Assembly: GCF_006345805.1 (NCBI RefSeq)
Contig: NC_043002.1
Location: 47,368,001-47,432,000, forward strand
DNA from: Octopus sinensis
Taxonomy: Eukaryota
Direction: 5' to 3'
DNA length: 64,000 bases
The notes under the pieces were generated by a model. That model did no database searches. It was given only the letters and a program-made list of their open reading frames with translations, and was not told the DNA's origin. Position numbers and translations under genes: made by a program. Numbering within the stretch: position 1 is the first letter of the stretch; each line of letters opens with the position of its first letter. Positions 37,102 to 50,760 of the stretch are shown here, in pieces.

Positions 37102-39951
37102 TTCTATGTTTGACTTTTGCTTTATGTCTGTACAAGTTGGCTCCAAGTCTCACCTAGAGACCTCAAGAGACAACAGGTTGGAAGTTCACGTTGTTGTTAT
37201 GCCTAGTGTGCCATATATTTGGGGGGTTTTTTGTGTTGTACTAGTGAATGTCTAATACATAGATTTTTTAAAAAAAAGTTTGTTTTAAACCTTGGGATTA
37301 CATAGAGAGTATTTTGCGTAGGATATGAGCAGTTCCCATGAGCACTATCTTTTGAATTTCTGCCATTTTGGGGTTTCCTGGTATCTGAGTTAGGTAGCAA
37401 TCAGCCCCTTTCGCTATCATTCCCAGGGCACCTATGACAACAGGTATTGTTTTAGTCTTCAGCTTCCACATTTTGCTGATTTCGATTTCAAGATCTTTAT
37501 ATTTGCTCAGTTTTTGGTAGGTCTTGACAGATACGTTTATATCGATTGGGACAGTCATATCAATGAGGAGGCATGTTCTTTGTCTGAAGTCTTTCAATAT
37601 GATGTCTGGCCTATTTGCATCTATCTTTCTGTCAGTTTGAATGGTGAAGTTCCAGAGGAGTGAGATTTGGTCATTTTCAAGTACTGGAGATGGATTGTGT
37701 TCCCACCAGTTTTTTTCATGGGGCAAATCCAGGTTTTTGCAAATTACCCAGTGAATATATTGTGCAGCTCTATCATGCCTGTTGAGATACTCTGTAGGTG
37801 CTAGAAGACTGCATTTGGAGACAACATGATCAATGGTTTCATTTTGTTGTCGGCATACACGACATGTTGGGCTACTGCCGTTCTTTAATATGTTGGCCTG
37901 GTAGTTTCTTGTTGGTAGGCATTGATCTTGAGCTGCTATGATAAACCCTTCTGTTTCAGATTTTAAGCCAGAGGCCATTAGCCATCGATGGGTCAGGGCT
38001 TTGTCAATATCTGCATTATTCGCTCTCTTTGGGTATTTGCCATAGAGAGGTTTTTCTTGCCATTTATTATTCAGAATATCTGAGGCCGCAGTTTTGGCAC
38101 GGGTTTTCATGCGCTTAGGTTTTTCTGTGCTTGTTTCTTGTATGTCTATCTCTAATTCCGAAATTTGTTGTATTCGGAATTCACTTAGATATTCCTTTGC
38201 CTGTTTTGTTACTGAGTATGATGCTTTCTTGTTTTCATGTTTTGAGACAAGTTTTAACATCCAGTCCTCAGACTTTTTCAGGTAGGTGTCTAGGCCAATT
38301 GTAGCAATCTTCATTGTTATTGCCAGTTGCAGAAGACCACGGCCTCCCTCTTTTCTTGGCAGGTAAAGTCATTCTGTATCTGTCTTGGGGTGGTGCATTC
38401 TATGCATTGTCAACAGTTTTCTTATTTTTCTGTCGAGCTGACATATTTCAGTAATTGACCAGTTAACGATATTGAAACTGTAAGTCACGACTGGTATGGC
38501 TAATGCATTGATCGCTTCGATCCTGTTTCTTGCATTCAGCTCTGTCTTGAGTATTGCTCTCACTCTTCGATAACATTCTCTCCTGATCCTTTCCTTCATC
38601 TCTGAATGCCTTATTCCGTTCCCTTTAATTACCCCTAGGTACTTATAGCTCTCCGCTGGGTCTAGTTCTTTTATGACATTCTGCTGGTCAAGGTTAACGT
38701 TAGATGTTTCTGTCATTTTTCCTTTGATAAAGGTAGCTTTTACACATTTATCGAGGCCGAATTGCATTCTGATGTCGTCACTGAATTGTTTGACTATCGC
38801 TAGTAAGCCCTTGAGTTATTGGTCATTTTTTGCAAAAAGCTTTAAATCATCCATGTAAATGAGATGATTTATATTTTTATCAAACATTTTATACCCGTAC
38901 TGTGCGTCATTGAGCAGTTTTGAGAGAGGTATTAAGGCTAAACAAAAGAGGAGTGGTGACAGTGAGTCACCCTGGAAAATTCCACACTAAATTTTTACAT
39001 CACCGGCATTTAGAGATTCATTGTCACTGTTCAGAGTTAGTGTGGTTCTCCATGATCTCATAATTACAGTGAAAAAGTTTCGCAGAGTAGGTGCTATCTT
39101 ATACATTTCCAGACATTTCCTAATCCAGCTATGTGGTAGGCTATCAAAAGCCTTTTTATAGTCTATCCAGGCTATTGATAAGTTTTTGTGTCGTTTGTGA
39201 CAATCTTCTAAGATCATCTTATTGATGAGTAGTTGATCTTTACAACCGTAGGATCCACGTTTACATCCTTTCTGTTCATTAGGGAATATGCTGTTGTCTT
39301 TTAAAAAACTATAAGTATATTCCGTCAGGACAGATGTTAGCGTTTTATACATAGTTGTTAAGTAGGTTAATGGTCTATAGTTTTTTGGTTCATTTGTTTC
39401 TTCACTTTTTGGAAGCAGGAATGTTAACACATTAACTAGCCAAGGAGGCATCCTACTAGGGTGTTGCAAAACATCATTGTACAGTTCTGTTAGCAGTTCA
39501 TGGCTCTCTGGGAAGGCATTCAGCCAGAAGTTAGGAATGTTATCCTTTCCTGGAGACTTCCATTTGCTTGACCTCCTGAGAGCAGATCTTATATCTTCTA
39601 CCTTGACACCCTCCCACTTTTGCTCTTCTAAGGGGTCCAGTTCTGTAGATATTCTGTGAATCCAGGGGGCCTTTTCGTTGTGTGTTTTTTCTTCTGCCCA
39701 AATTTTATTCCAAAATCCCTGCACTTCTTCTTTTGATGGTACAGAGCTTGCAGTATACGCTGTTTTTCCTATCTTCCTGTAAAAATTCTTGGGGTTATTT
39801 TTGAACATGTTGTTGTCCTTGAAAAATCTAACACGCTTTTCATACCTCGCTATGCGGGCAGCTTTGGCAGATACCTTTTGTTTGATGGTTTCTATGGTGG
39901 CATCAATATCAAGTATAGTTTTCATATTGTATTTTTTGAGTAATTTTTGGG
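37101..39951 (-). mobile_element. R4/Dong-like family 3 (5'-truncated, frameshifted)
   Basis: ORFs 38987-39925 (WIDYKKAFDSLPH), 38369-38767 and 37298-38314 (CRVC..HVVSKC, RPD..LID); (AAT)n on both sides. Confidence 0.9.
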
Positions 39952-39992
39952 ATTATTATTATTATTATTATTATTATCATTATTATTATTAT

Positions 39993-40215
39993 TAAGGCGG
40001 CGAGCTGGCAGAATCGTTAGCACACCGGCCGGGCGAAACGCTTGGCGGTATTTCGTCTGTCTTCATGTTCTGAGTTCAGCTGCCGCCGGGGTCGACTTTG
40101 CCTCTCATCCTTTCGGGGTCGATAAATTAAGTACCAGTTACGCACTGTGGTCAGTGTAATCAGCTGATCCCACTCACCCAAAATTTCAGGCTTTGTGCCT
40201 ATAGCAGAAAGGATT
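39993..40215 (+). mobile_element. SINE family B
   Basis: AAGGCGGCGAGCTGGCAGAATCGTTAGCAC head, ATT tail. Confidence 0.85.
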
Positions 40216-40222
40216 ATTATCA

Positions 40223-41987
40223 TTTCATGTTTGACTTTTGCTTTGCATTTGTACAAGTTGGCTCCAAGTCTCACCCAGAGACCTCAAGAGACAACAAATT
40301 AGAAGTTCATGATGGTGTTATAGACCCATAACCTGCTTAACAACAATGTATAAAAAGCTAACATCTGTCTTGACTGAATATCCCTATAGTTTTTTAATAG
40401 AAAGTGGCATATTCCCTAATGAGCAAAAAGGATGTAAAAGTGGGCCCAATGGTTGTAAAGATCAGCTACTCATCAATAAGATGATCTTGGAAGATTATTA
40501 CAAACGACACAAAAACTTGTCAATAACCTGGATAGACTATAAAAAATAGCACTTACTCTGCGAAACTTTTGTCTGTAAGTATGAGATCATGGAGAACCAC
40601 ACTGACTGTGAACAGTGACAATGAATCTCTTAACGTTGGAGATGTAAGACTTTCATGTGGCATTTTCTTGGATGACTCTCTATCACCACTTCTCTTTTGT
40701 CTCGAAATTGTTCAGTGATGTCTAGTACGGTTATAAAATGTTTGACAAAACTATAAATCATCTCATTTACATGGATGATTTAAAGCTCTTTGCAAAAGAT
40801 GACTAACAACTACAGGGCTTACTAGCGATTGTTAAACGATTCAGTGATGGCATCAGGATGCAATTTGGCCTTGATAAATGTGCAAAAGCTACCTTTATCA
40901 AAGGGAAAATTACAGAAATATCTAACGTTGACCTTGACCAGCAGAATGTCATAAAGGTGTTAGAACCAACGGAGAGCTACAAATACCTAGGGCTATTTGA
41001 AGGGGACGGAGTCGAACATTCAGTGATGAGGGAAAGGATCAGAAAAGAATGTCACAGCAGTACTCATGACGGAGTTGAATGTAAGAAACAGGTTCGAAGC
41101 GATCACTACTTTAACCATATCAGTAGTGACTTACAGTTTCAGTATCATTAACTGGTCAGTTACTGAAATACGAAAATTGACAGAATAATACGAAAATTGT
41201 TGACAATGCATAGAATGCTCCACCCTAAGGCACGACTGTATCTTCCAAGAAAAGAGGGAGACCGTGGACTTTTACCACTGTCGTTAACACTGAAGATTGC
41301 CACATTTGGCCTAGACACCTACCTGAAAAACTCTGAGGATTGGATGCTAAAACTTGTCTCAAATATGAAAACAAGAAAACATCATACTCAGTAACAAAAC
41401 ATGCAAAGGAATATCTAAGTGAATTCCAAATACAAAAAAAAAATCCAGAATTAGACTACTAGAAACAAGCAGAGAAAAAGCTAAGCGCATGAAAACCCGT
41501 GCTAAAATTGCTGTCTTAGATATTCTTACTGATAAATCGCAAGAAGAACTTCTCAATGGCAAATACCCAAAGAGAGCTAATAACGCCGATGTTGACAAAG
41601 CCCTTACTCTTCAATGGTAATGGCCTCTGGCTTAAAATCAGAAACAGAAGGGTTTATCATAGCAGCCGAAGATCGATGCCAATCTACAAAAAACTAACAA
41701 GCTAACATATTAAAGAACGGCAGCTTCCCAACATGTCGTGTATGTCAACAACAAAATGAAAGCATTGATCATGTTGTCTCCATGTGCAGTTTTCTTGCGC
41801 CTACAGAGTATCTCAACATGCATGATAGAGCTGCACAATATATTCACTAAATAATTTATAAAAACCTGGACCTGCCTCATGGTAAAAACTGGTGGGAACA
41901 CAAACCACCTCCAGTGCTTGAAAATGATCACACACCCCTCCTCTGGAACTTCACCATTCAAGCTGACAGAAAGACAGATGCAAATAG
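40223..41987. mobile_element. R4/Dong-like family 3, rearranged copy: ~100 bp 3' end on minus (40223-40321) fused to an internal segment on plus (40319-41987)
   Basis: 40223-40321 matches 37101-37200; the plus segment runs YRPITCL to DRK.DAN with stops and internal deletions. Confidence 0.8.
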
Positions 41988-41989
41988 TT

Positions 41990-43350
41990 GCGTCTTACTT
42001 TCGATCAGTTTACCTGCTCTTTAGATCGACTAGCAAGGGAAAGTGAGAGAGGAAATCTGTCCCAAGGATCGGGTACGGCAGATCTGTGACTAGAAAAATC
42101 CACTGGAGGCATCGTCTGAATCGTTGATTTAAGGTGAGAGGAATTTCGCCATATGTTGTGATGGGTGAGTGGTTGACCGCTTGCAAGGTTGTGGCTGAAG
42201 GAAAAGTTTTCTATGCGTATATTTCGCTGGCCAAATTCTACAGGCGGCTCCTCAGTAAAATTTCATCTTGAATAAAAATTGCATGACTTGGTGGGGGTGA
42301 TACCAGGAGCAGTAGCCGTGCTTACTACTCCGTTCTGACGTTTCCCTGGGTACTATATGAACAAAGTGGCGTGCATTTCAGTGCCTTGGCACCGAAATTG
42401 GTATGGTACCAATATATAAATCCCTAATTACCAGCGTACCGATGTCTGGATAGAGATCTTGAGCGAGACGGCGTCTCGCTCATGGGACTGCGTGGTTTTT
42501 TAAGCGGAGGTTATGAACTTCCACTGCCAGGTACTGAATTGTTTTTTCCCAAGGCATGTCGAAAATCCTGAAACTGGGATGCTATGGCCACCACAGTAAT
42601 GGAAGGAGAAGATATCGTCGGACTGGTTATTTCCATTATTTTATCCGCTGATGTTACCAATTGCTCCACAGTACTGATGTCGCACATGGATATGAGGATG
42701 ACCTGGACGTTAGCAAGAAGGCGAGAAAAAAATAACTGCGTGAGATAGTGATATGACGTCACTGTCGTTACTGCTGTATCTGAAGTGTTATAATATCAAA
42801 CGTTCCTGATGCTCTCTTATTACTCTTCCTTCAACAAGCACTCCACGATATCTCTATTCAATAATTCCTACGATCTGTACGCTATGACTGCGCATATGAC
42901 ACTCTTCTCAGACTGTTCTGCGCATGCTCATTTATTCTAACTAATATAGTTCACTTAGCCAATTACGGGGTTGTATAAATTCCCCATATATCAGAAAATC
43001 ACTTTCTAATGACGCATTTTACGCAGCAGCTCCCAGCTGTTCATTGTTAATCAGTTTTTGAAATTGTTTTTCCAATGACAGAGAATTTCACCGTAGAATC
43101 TCGGCCTTGACAGAGGTGTGGTTGGCGTCAATAGGTGGATTTGTAATTATATACCGTACTTAGCTAGTGAAAGTAGGTGGCAAAAAAACTTACAAGGGGA
43201 TGCAATCGCTGCGTTTCGGATAACACGTAGTTTGCGGCAAAGTAAGATTCCATTTGGGTAAACCAAACGGATATGTCTCTGGTGAAAATAGGCACAGGCT
43301 GATGAGAAACAGCAGCTATTGGAGGTAATGCTTTTGTTACTTGTCGAGTG
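41990..43350 (-). pseudogene. Ty3/Gypsy gag-protease remnant
   Basis: LANVQVIL..LVTSADKIME; WYH.NFGAKALKCTP.C; LQAVNHSPITTYGE..WIFLVTDLPYPILGTDFLSHF.LLVD; no LTRs, RT or integrase found. Confidence 0.7.
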
Positions 43351-44093
43351 TATGAGTCTGGTGTTTCGTTGTTAGTGTAAGAAATATCGCTGTTATGTGA
43401 GAAATATCTTGCTTTTCTTCAACGGTGGGTTCACCACTTTGGTAGTTTAAGAAGGAGCATTTGTGATGGTGGAATACTAAGGACTGAAGACAGGAGTGCG
43501 TGAAATGTTTATGAATATCTTTTTGCAGAGAGCAAGCAATAAAAATCAGGCAATACAAATATTTATCGACAATGAATTACTGTAAAATGCTTCAGTATCC
43601 TGGTATGTAAAGCTTGCAGAATCATTGTGTGTGAGTACATTATCAATTGGTACCTACTGTGAGACAGGCATTTTGAAGCCACGTGTAGGGCGCTGAAACA
43701 AAAAATTAGAGCTAGCAGTTCTAGCTGTTGGCAGCTGGTAAGATGACTGCCGAAATGGAAAAAGAAAAAGAGTCCTATCTGTCCTTATATCCCTTTAACG
43801 ACTTCTGTTATCTGGAAAGGCTGTTATGTTTTGTGCATGCGTCGTGGCTGCCGGCTATGTTCCTTCCAGGCTTTTATGTTTAGCCCTGAGACAATCCAAG
43901 CAGGGATGACAGGTACTCTACAAGTGTAAACAAGTATCGTCAAAAATAATGGCGATACTACAATAACTGGCGACGAGTAACTATGTTACAATACTAACTA
44001 AAATCATAATTCCTTTGAGCCAGCAAAAACATCTCTATGTGATTGTTTGAACTCTTAAAAATTGCTGTTGAATTTTCTTCAGATCATTATATA

Positions 44094-44614
44094 CGGTAAA
44101 TCCTCGAGTATAGTCCACCCTTGAGTATAATACGCAGGGGATTTTTAGGGGGCTGGACCTCTGAAAAACCTGAACCTTGTGTATAATACGCACCCCTTCT
44201 CTAACTTGAGTCGTGCGTAATTAAGCCAGCAGCACCTAGTCGAACAAACACTTCCATGCATGCGTAATACAATAATGGTGAGGTTCTTAACTGTTATATA
44301 GGAATGTAAATATGTTTGCAAATTGTTTTTGTTACATGTTATTCTGTGTTCTGAATACTTTTATTTTAATAAATGTTGTTTATTGCATGTTATGGATGAT
44401 TCTTTTATGACTTCATTGCTTTCAGGCTTAGCTTAAGGCATTTTCGTGCATGACATCACAAAATGCGTCTGAATAAACATTGCCAGACAGCAAATAGAGA
44501 TACGGACATTGCTTAGAAAATATTTTTCATTTTTAACCTCGTATATAGTACGTACTAGGGATTTTAACCGTTAAATTTTGGGGAAAAATGTGGATTATAC
44601 TCGAAGATTTACGG
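44094..44614. mobile_element. pogo/Tc1-mariner-type MITE (~520 bp)
   Basis: TIRs CGGTAAATCCTCGAGTATA / TATACTCGAAGATTTACGG, TA on both sides, subterminal GTATAATACGCA repeats, no ORF. Confidence 0.85.
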
Positions 44615-45309
44615 TATATATATATATATCTTTAAAAAGATTGTTAGATTATGTGGTTTTGGGTTCCCTGTACATTGGAAAAATGGCATGAATGGTCATG
44701 AATGAAATGCCTTTAGTTATGACTGTTTAATTGGGACTGATCTAGGACCAAATGACGACTACATCATCAACAAGAATAACAGAAGTATAATGATTTATAC
44801 TATAGACAATAAGGCAACAGGATTTTGTGCAATCAACCCCTGTGTTTGACTGACTGATATTTATTTTATTATCATTGTTTTCTTTATTTGTCAGCAGTAC
44901 ATAGGCCTCATATTGCATCTGTAAGACCGATAGGGGAGAAGGAGGAAGGTATCTTCTGATTGAAGACCATGTCAGAATGCTTGCTACAGAGTAGACTCTG
45001 TTAAGCATTCCCAAAGTTAGTGTTAATTAGGTGATGAATCAAATCCACCACCTGGTACTTATTCTACCATTGTCTTTTACTGAACTGCTAAGTTATGAGG
45101 ATGTAAAGAAACAGATAATGGTTTCTGGCAGATTTGAAATCTGAATACAAAGGACCGGAGCAAATACCACAAAGCATTTTGTTATTATATTTATGTCAAT
45201 ATACCCAGCCTGAATTGTTTTTCACTTTAATTGATCCCAGAATGATGAAAGGTAACTTTAACCTTGGTAGGATCTGAACTCAGAAAGCAGGGATTTGGAA
45301 TAAATATTG

Positions 45310-45530
45310 GCTTCAAACTTTTGCACAAAGCCAGCAAGTTTGGGGGAGAGATAAATTAAATTGCACCAACCCCAGTTCTCAACTGGTACTTATTTTATTG
45401 ACTCCAAAAGGACGAAAGATAAAGTTGACCTTGGCAGAATTTGAACTCAGAGCATAAAGACAGGCAAAAGCCTGCCGTTCAATTTTCGACCAGCATGCTA
45501 ACAATTCTGCCTGCTCACCACCTTAGTTGG
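45310..45530 (-). mobile_element. SINE family B (diverged)
   Basis: GGCAAAGTTGACCT/GAATTTGAACTCAG-type body in reverse orientation. Confidence 0.7.
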
Positions 45531-47588
45531 AATAAATATTGTGAAGCATTTTATCAACATCCTAACAAATCTGCCTATTTATTAGCCCTGAAGGGATGAA
45601 AAACAAAATCAGTTTTAATCAGAGCTAAACTCAAAATATAATGAAATATCCTTTTATTGTTTCTGCCAATTCAAACTTTTAAGTTCTAGCAAGTAATGTG
45701 GAGATGATGTCTGTCATCATGATCATTCTTAATTAAAAATAGGGATATTTGTTAAAAAAAAAAAATCAGTACTTATATATTTTCTTGTAGGTTGTATATA
45801 ATGAGGTAATGGTCAGCACAGCTTATCCCTTGGCAGTTTTATGCCGCTGTTTGCCTTAATCAGTCCTGGGCAATCTTGAACCACAAAACTTTCCGAATAG
45901 CACACCTAATGAAATATTTACCTTCAACTTTCTTAGTGGTGTGGCCTACCTGATGATGAGTCATGTCTCATGTGGCCAGCTTTTTGAAAAGGTTGCCCTT
46001 ACCCAATCTAAATGAACCAAGAAATGAATTTCTACATGGACATTTGACTTAAAAATAGCCAAAGCTCCCTCAGCTCGAAGCCTACAGTCTTAAACAAAGG
46101 AAGTGCATATAATACAGTATATTCTAGGCTACCCTGTACCTAGAACAAATCTGAGATGATCACGGTCAAAATGCTATATTGATAAGTTAATTCAATCATG
46201 GTTGACATGGAGCTAAACAACAATATTAATAGCAGCATCAGTAACAGCAACAACAATTTGTCTAAAAGCTGTTTTTCCTCAAGTAAAACATTGATTTTCT
46301 ATATAGCCATAAAGCCAATATATGTAAAGAAAAGGAAGTAGTTGATTGTTTCCCTGTCCCCATCACCAATACGTTTGGTCCCAAGTGCTTTTTAATCAAT
46401 GCCAAAGAAATAAAGTAATGAAGTTGACTTCAGCATATTTAAAAGTAAAAGCAATAGAGAGAACTAACTTAATTACCATAATACATTTAACCTTACACTA
46501 ACATTTTTCTTTAATTCTGAAAATATTAAGGATCTTAATACTGAGTGCTTAGAGTGGTGGACAGTTTTTATATCAACTATATTCAGTATGCTATAGATTT
46601 ATTCAGTTTCTTGAGGCAGTTGTTGTGGCAACATAGATTACTGTAAGTATTAATCTTCAGAGTAAACAATCGCTGACACCACCACCACCACCACCACTGC
46701 TGCTGCAACTGCCTCATCATTCCTGTTGTTGTTGTTAATATTCTGTTGTCCTTTTCCTTTGTGTCCTTGTCATCATTGTCCACCACCACCACTGCCACTT
46801 CCTCCACCTTCATTTGCTTTTCTATGCTGGTATGGATTGGATAAATCATGTTTCAGCTAGCCAGCCGTGGAGATGGAGTCCTCAGTTGCTGGTTGGATTA
46901 GCTTGACAAATCTATCTTGTACATCTTTTCTGTGATATTCTAATCACAAGTCTGTAGTACTGGAGATGTGACTTCTCAATATAAAGCAGTAGTGGAGAGA
47001 CTCTCATCCTGGAGAGACTCTCTGATCACTGAGCTATTCACCCTCTCTCATTTATATTCTATATCTGATAAAAGAGCCAGTTCTTTATGTACTGGTTTCA
47101 AATCAACTTTGCTTTTCTTCCCTCTGAGGTGGATAAAATAAATTACTAGTTAAGTACTGTGTTTCATGGTACTGACTAACATATCTACCCATCAAATTTG
47201 CTGGCCTTGTGCTTGAATCAAAAACCATATCTAATAAGATTTAAATTTTCAATCCTTCTTATTTATATTGTTTATTTTCACTTCCCATCTATAATTTCAT
47301 TAAATTTCAAATTCATTTGAAAGGGTGATTTTGTTTATTTATCTCTTATATTATATTTATTTATTATATTATATCATTTATCTTTTACTTGTTTCAGTCA
47401 TTAGACTTTTGCCATGCAAGATTTAGTCAAAAATAAATCAACGATTCAACTTACATTTTTTTTTTTTAAAGTCTGGTACTTAATTTACCAGTCTCTGTTG
47501 CTGAACTGCTAAGTGACTAGGATATAAAAAAACTAATAATGGTTACTGGTCAAACACAAAGTCATGCACACACAAACACACATATGTG

Positions 47589-47619
<31 letters not shown>

Positions 47620-47659
47620 CAACATCAAAATGAATATCAAATGGAAATTGTAGTAGTTA

Positions 47660-47910
47660 TACCTGTGCTGGTGGCACGTAAAAAGCACCATTTGAATGTA
47701 GGTGATGCCAGCCTCCCCAGCACCTGTGCCAGTGGCACATAAAAAGCACCCACTACACTCATGGAGTGGTTGGCATTAGGAAGGGCATCCAGCTGTAGAA
47801 ACACTGCCAGATCAGACTGGAGCCTGGTGCAGCCTCCTGGCTTCCCAGACGCCGATTGAATCGTTCAACCCACACTCGCATGGAAAACAGACATTAAACG
47901 ATGATGATGA
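47660..47910 (+). mobile_element. SINE with V-domain-like core and (GAT)n tail
   Basis: GGTTGGCATTAGGAAGGGCATCCAGCTGTAGAAAC core; ends AAACGATGATGATG. Confidence 0.6.
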
Positions 47911-47922
47911 TGTATGTATTAA

Positions 47923-47992
<70 letters not shown>

Positions 47993-47994
47993 CA

Positions 47995-48560
47995 GGAGGC
48001 TTTCACACAATTTCCATCTAAAAAGTTCATTCACAAGGCACTGGTTAGTCTGGAACAATAGTAGAAGACAATTGCCCAAGGTGCCACAAAGTGGAACTGA
48101 ATCCAAGAGCATGTGGTGCAAAGTAAATTTCTCAACCACACACCCATGCTAGTTTTAACTTTTCTAATATACACTTAGTATTTTGTTTGTTCCAGTCATT
48201 AAGCTGCAGCTACACCTCTTGAAGGGTTTAGTCAAACAAATTGACCCCAGTACTTACTTATCTTTAAGTCTGGCACTTATTGTGTTGGTCACTTTTTGGC
48301 CAACTACTAAGTTATATGGATGTAAACAAACCAACTTTGTTGTCAGGAAGTGGAGAGACAAACTAAAAGATGCATACACACATATACAGGTTTTATATAT
48401 GTGTGTATGTGTATTTATGTATATATACATACAATGGACTTCCTCACAGTTTCCATCTACCAAATTTGCTCACAAGGCATATTCAGCTCAGGGCTGGAGC
48501 AGATGTCACTTTCCCAAGGTGCTGCAGGATGGGACTGAACCTAAAACCATATGGTTGTGA
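47995..48560 (-). mobile_element. Diverged SINE family A remnants (47995-48140 and 48180-48560)
   Basis: CACAAGGC..CCCAAGGTGC..GAACTGAA head in reverse orientation. Confidence 0.7.
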
Positions 48561-50169
48561 AATAAACTTCAGAACCATTATTTTTATTTTATTTTATCTT
48601 ATTTTTTGCTGGATGGTTATCCATTTAAGTGTAGCTTGTAAAATAATCGTCTTCCAACTTCTTTAGCCCAATCTATACATATTTCTGAGAACAATAACAA
48701 AAGGTTCTGCTTTACAACAAAAAGAAAACAAAAAGGACAGGGAGATATATGAAAAATATAAAACGCAAGAACTTTATATGTAAGATACTTTATTTTTTCA
48801 AATTCTCGATTACAATTTTCTTATAAGTTCTGGCAACAATTTTTTTTATTTTTGAGATAAAACATAAGAAATATTTTTACAAGAAAAAAAATCTTAATAC
48901 CATAAGCCACAATTTACACAAGGTTTTTTTCTTTGTATTCCTGTTTTATCATCTTTGATTTCTATTGTTCTGAGATTATATTTGTTGACAGCTATTGGCA
49001 ACAGATGGGTTTATAGGTACTTCATTAAATTTACTTTCTATTTGAAATTGACAACTTGGAAGGTGATGTCTAATGCAGGGGAAGATAACTACATGCCGGC
49101 TTCAGTTGGAATGGCTAAGAACATTTATAAAAGTGTTTAGGCAAGTTTTTTTTCTTTTCCTTTTTGTTATTGTTGATTTTTCCACAAGAGTGGAAACAAT
49201 TGTAGTAATCAGTGCTGAGTTGTAAATTGGGTCTGACACTAATTAGCAAATTAGGTGGACAAAGTGATAAAATATTCTAAGTAAACACAAAAGTGATATA
49301 TGAGCCAAGTGGAAATACAATTGCAGACATTAACTTCCATTGAAATAAAAAACAAAAAATAAATAAAGATCAAGAGATTTTAAAAAGGTAACTGTGGTGA
49401 GTAAAAATATATTTCCTTGGAATATAAATCGAAAATAGTTCATTGGAACTGAAATAATCAATTGGGGGGACGTGGAATATTAATGCAGACAGGTTGTAAA
49501 GTTCTATTTGTTAAAATAAGGCTATTCATGTGTAAGCAACATGTTGTATTAGGGGAGGAGAACAGAAAAAAAGTAATAAACAAACCAAAAACACAAAAAC
49601 AAAATTAAACTATGAAAAACACACAAAACGAGGATGGAAAGGGTGGGAGAAATTACTTTAGAAAAAGAAGAGGTTTACTTTTAATTTTCATTTTAATTAC
49701 AACTGTAAGGATTTTTGGAAGAATATTAGTGATTTTTAGAATAGTTGTTATTATATAACTAAACCTCTAAAGCAAGAAATAGATGTTCTTTTTTCCTATA
49801 AAGGTTTGATTAAATATGCTTAGATTCATGAATGAAAGTTAAGAAAGATGGTTGGAAGTAACAACTGAGAGTGTTTGAAGCCTTAGTTATATAAAGTGTA
49901 TAAAATTAAATACAACTGACTTTCCACAAACCCCGTTCAATTTTTGTCTTGTTTTTTTTTTCTTTTTGTTTGTTTGTATTTATACATTCAACATAGAAAA
50001 ATACATATACCTTAGTGAAAAAATTTTCCTTCCAGATGTACACAAATCAATTGCAATGTTATCATTTTTGTATTTTAATAAAGGTTTCTTTTTTAGGTCA
50101 ATAGTTTTGGTGAAAGGTAAAATATGAATAGTTTTTTTTTATTATATAAGAATTGTATAAGCTCAAAGC

Positions 50170-50655
50170 ATTCATACATACATAAATTCATGCATACAAA
50201 CATACATACGTGTGTATATGTGTGCATGCATGTGTGTGTATATATATATGTGCATATATATATATACATACACACTTATATCTATATGTGTGTGTATATA
50301 TATATATATATGTATGTATGTATATATATATATATATATACACACATACATACACACACACTCATGCACACACACATATGCAGGCATACATAAGCACATC
50401 TAAACACACCTACACACACATATATCCTCATGTATTGAGTCTATTTCCCTTTTTCATTCTACCAAACTTACATACATATATATGTACATACATACATACA
50501 TACATACACATGAATGTATGCATAAAAATATTTATGTATATTGTATACACACACACACACACACACATAAATATACATCCATATATGTATATATATGTAC
50601 ATGTGCATACAGATATACATACACATATAAATATACACATACATATGCATATATA

Positions 50656-50691
<36 letters not shown>

Positions 50692-50760
50692 TGTATACAT
50701 ACATACATACAAGCACACACCATACAAACATGCACATACATATGTGTATATACAACTGAT
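50170..50760. repeat. Compound TA/CA/TATG microsatellite
   Basis: Directly visible; source of many spurious ORFs. Confidence 0.95.

Noticed and set aside
43960-43985. TGGCGACGAG resembling a Gypsy primer-binding site
   Set aside because: Opposite strand to the gag-pro remnant and no recognisable LTR beside it
44746-49140. Possible plus-strand micro-exons (44895-44948, 45791-45805, 49079-49140)
   Set aside because: AG/GT(GC) boundaries are present, but the peptides are too short to recognise and several splice sites are weak; needs RNA-seq
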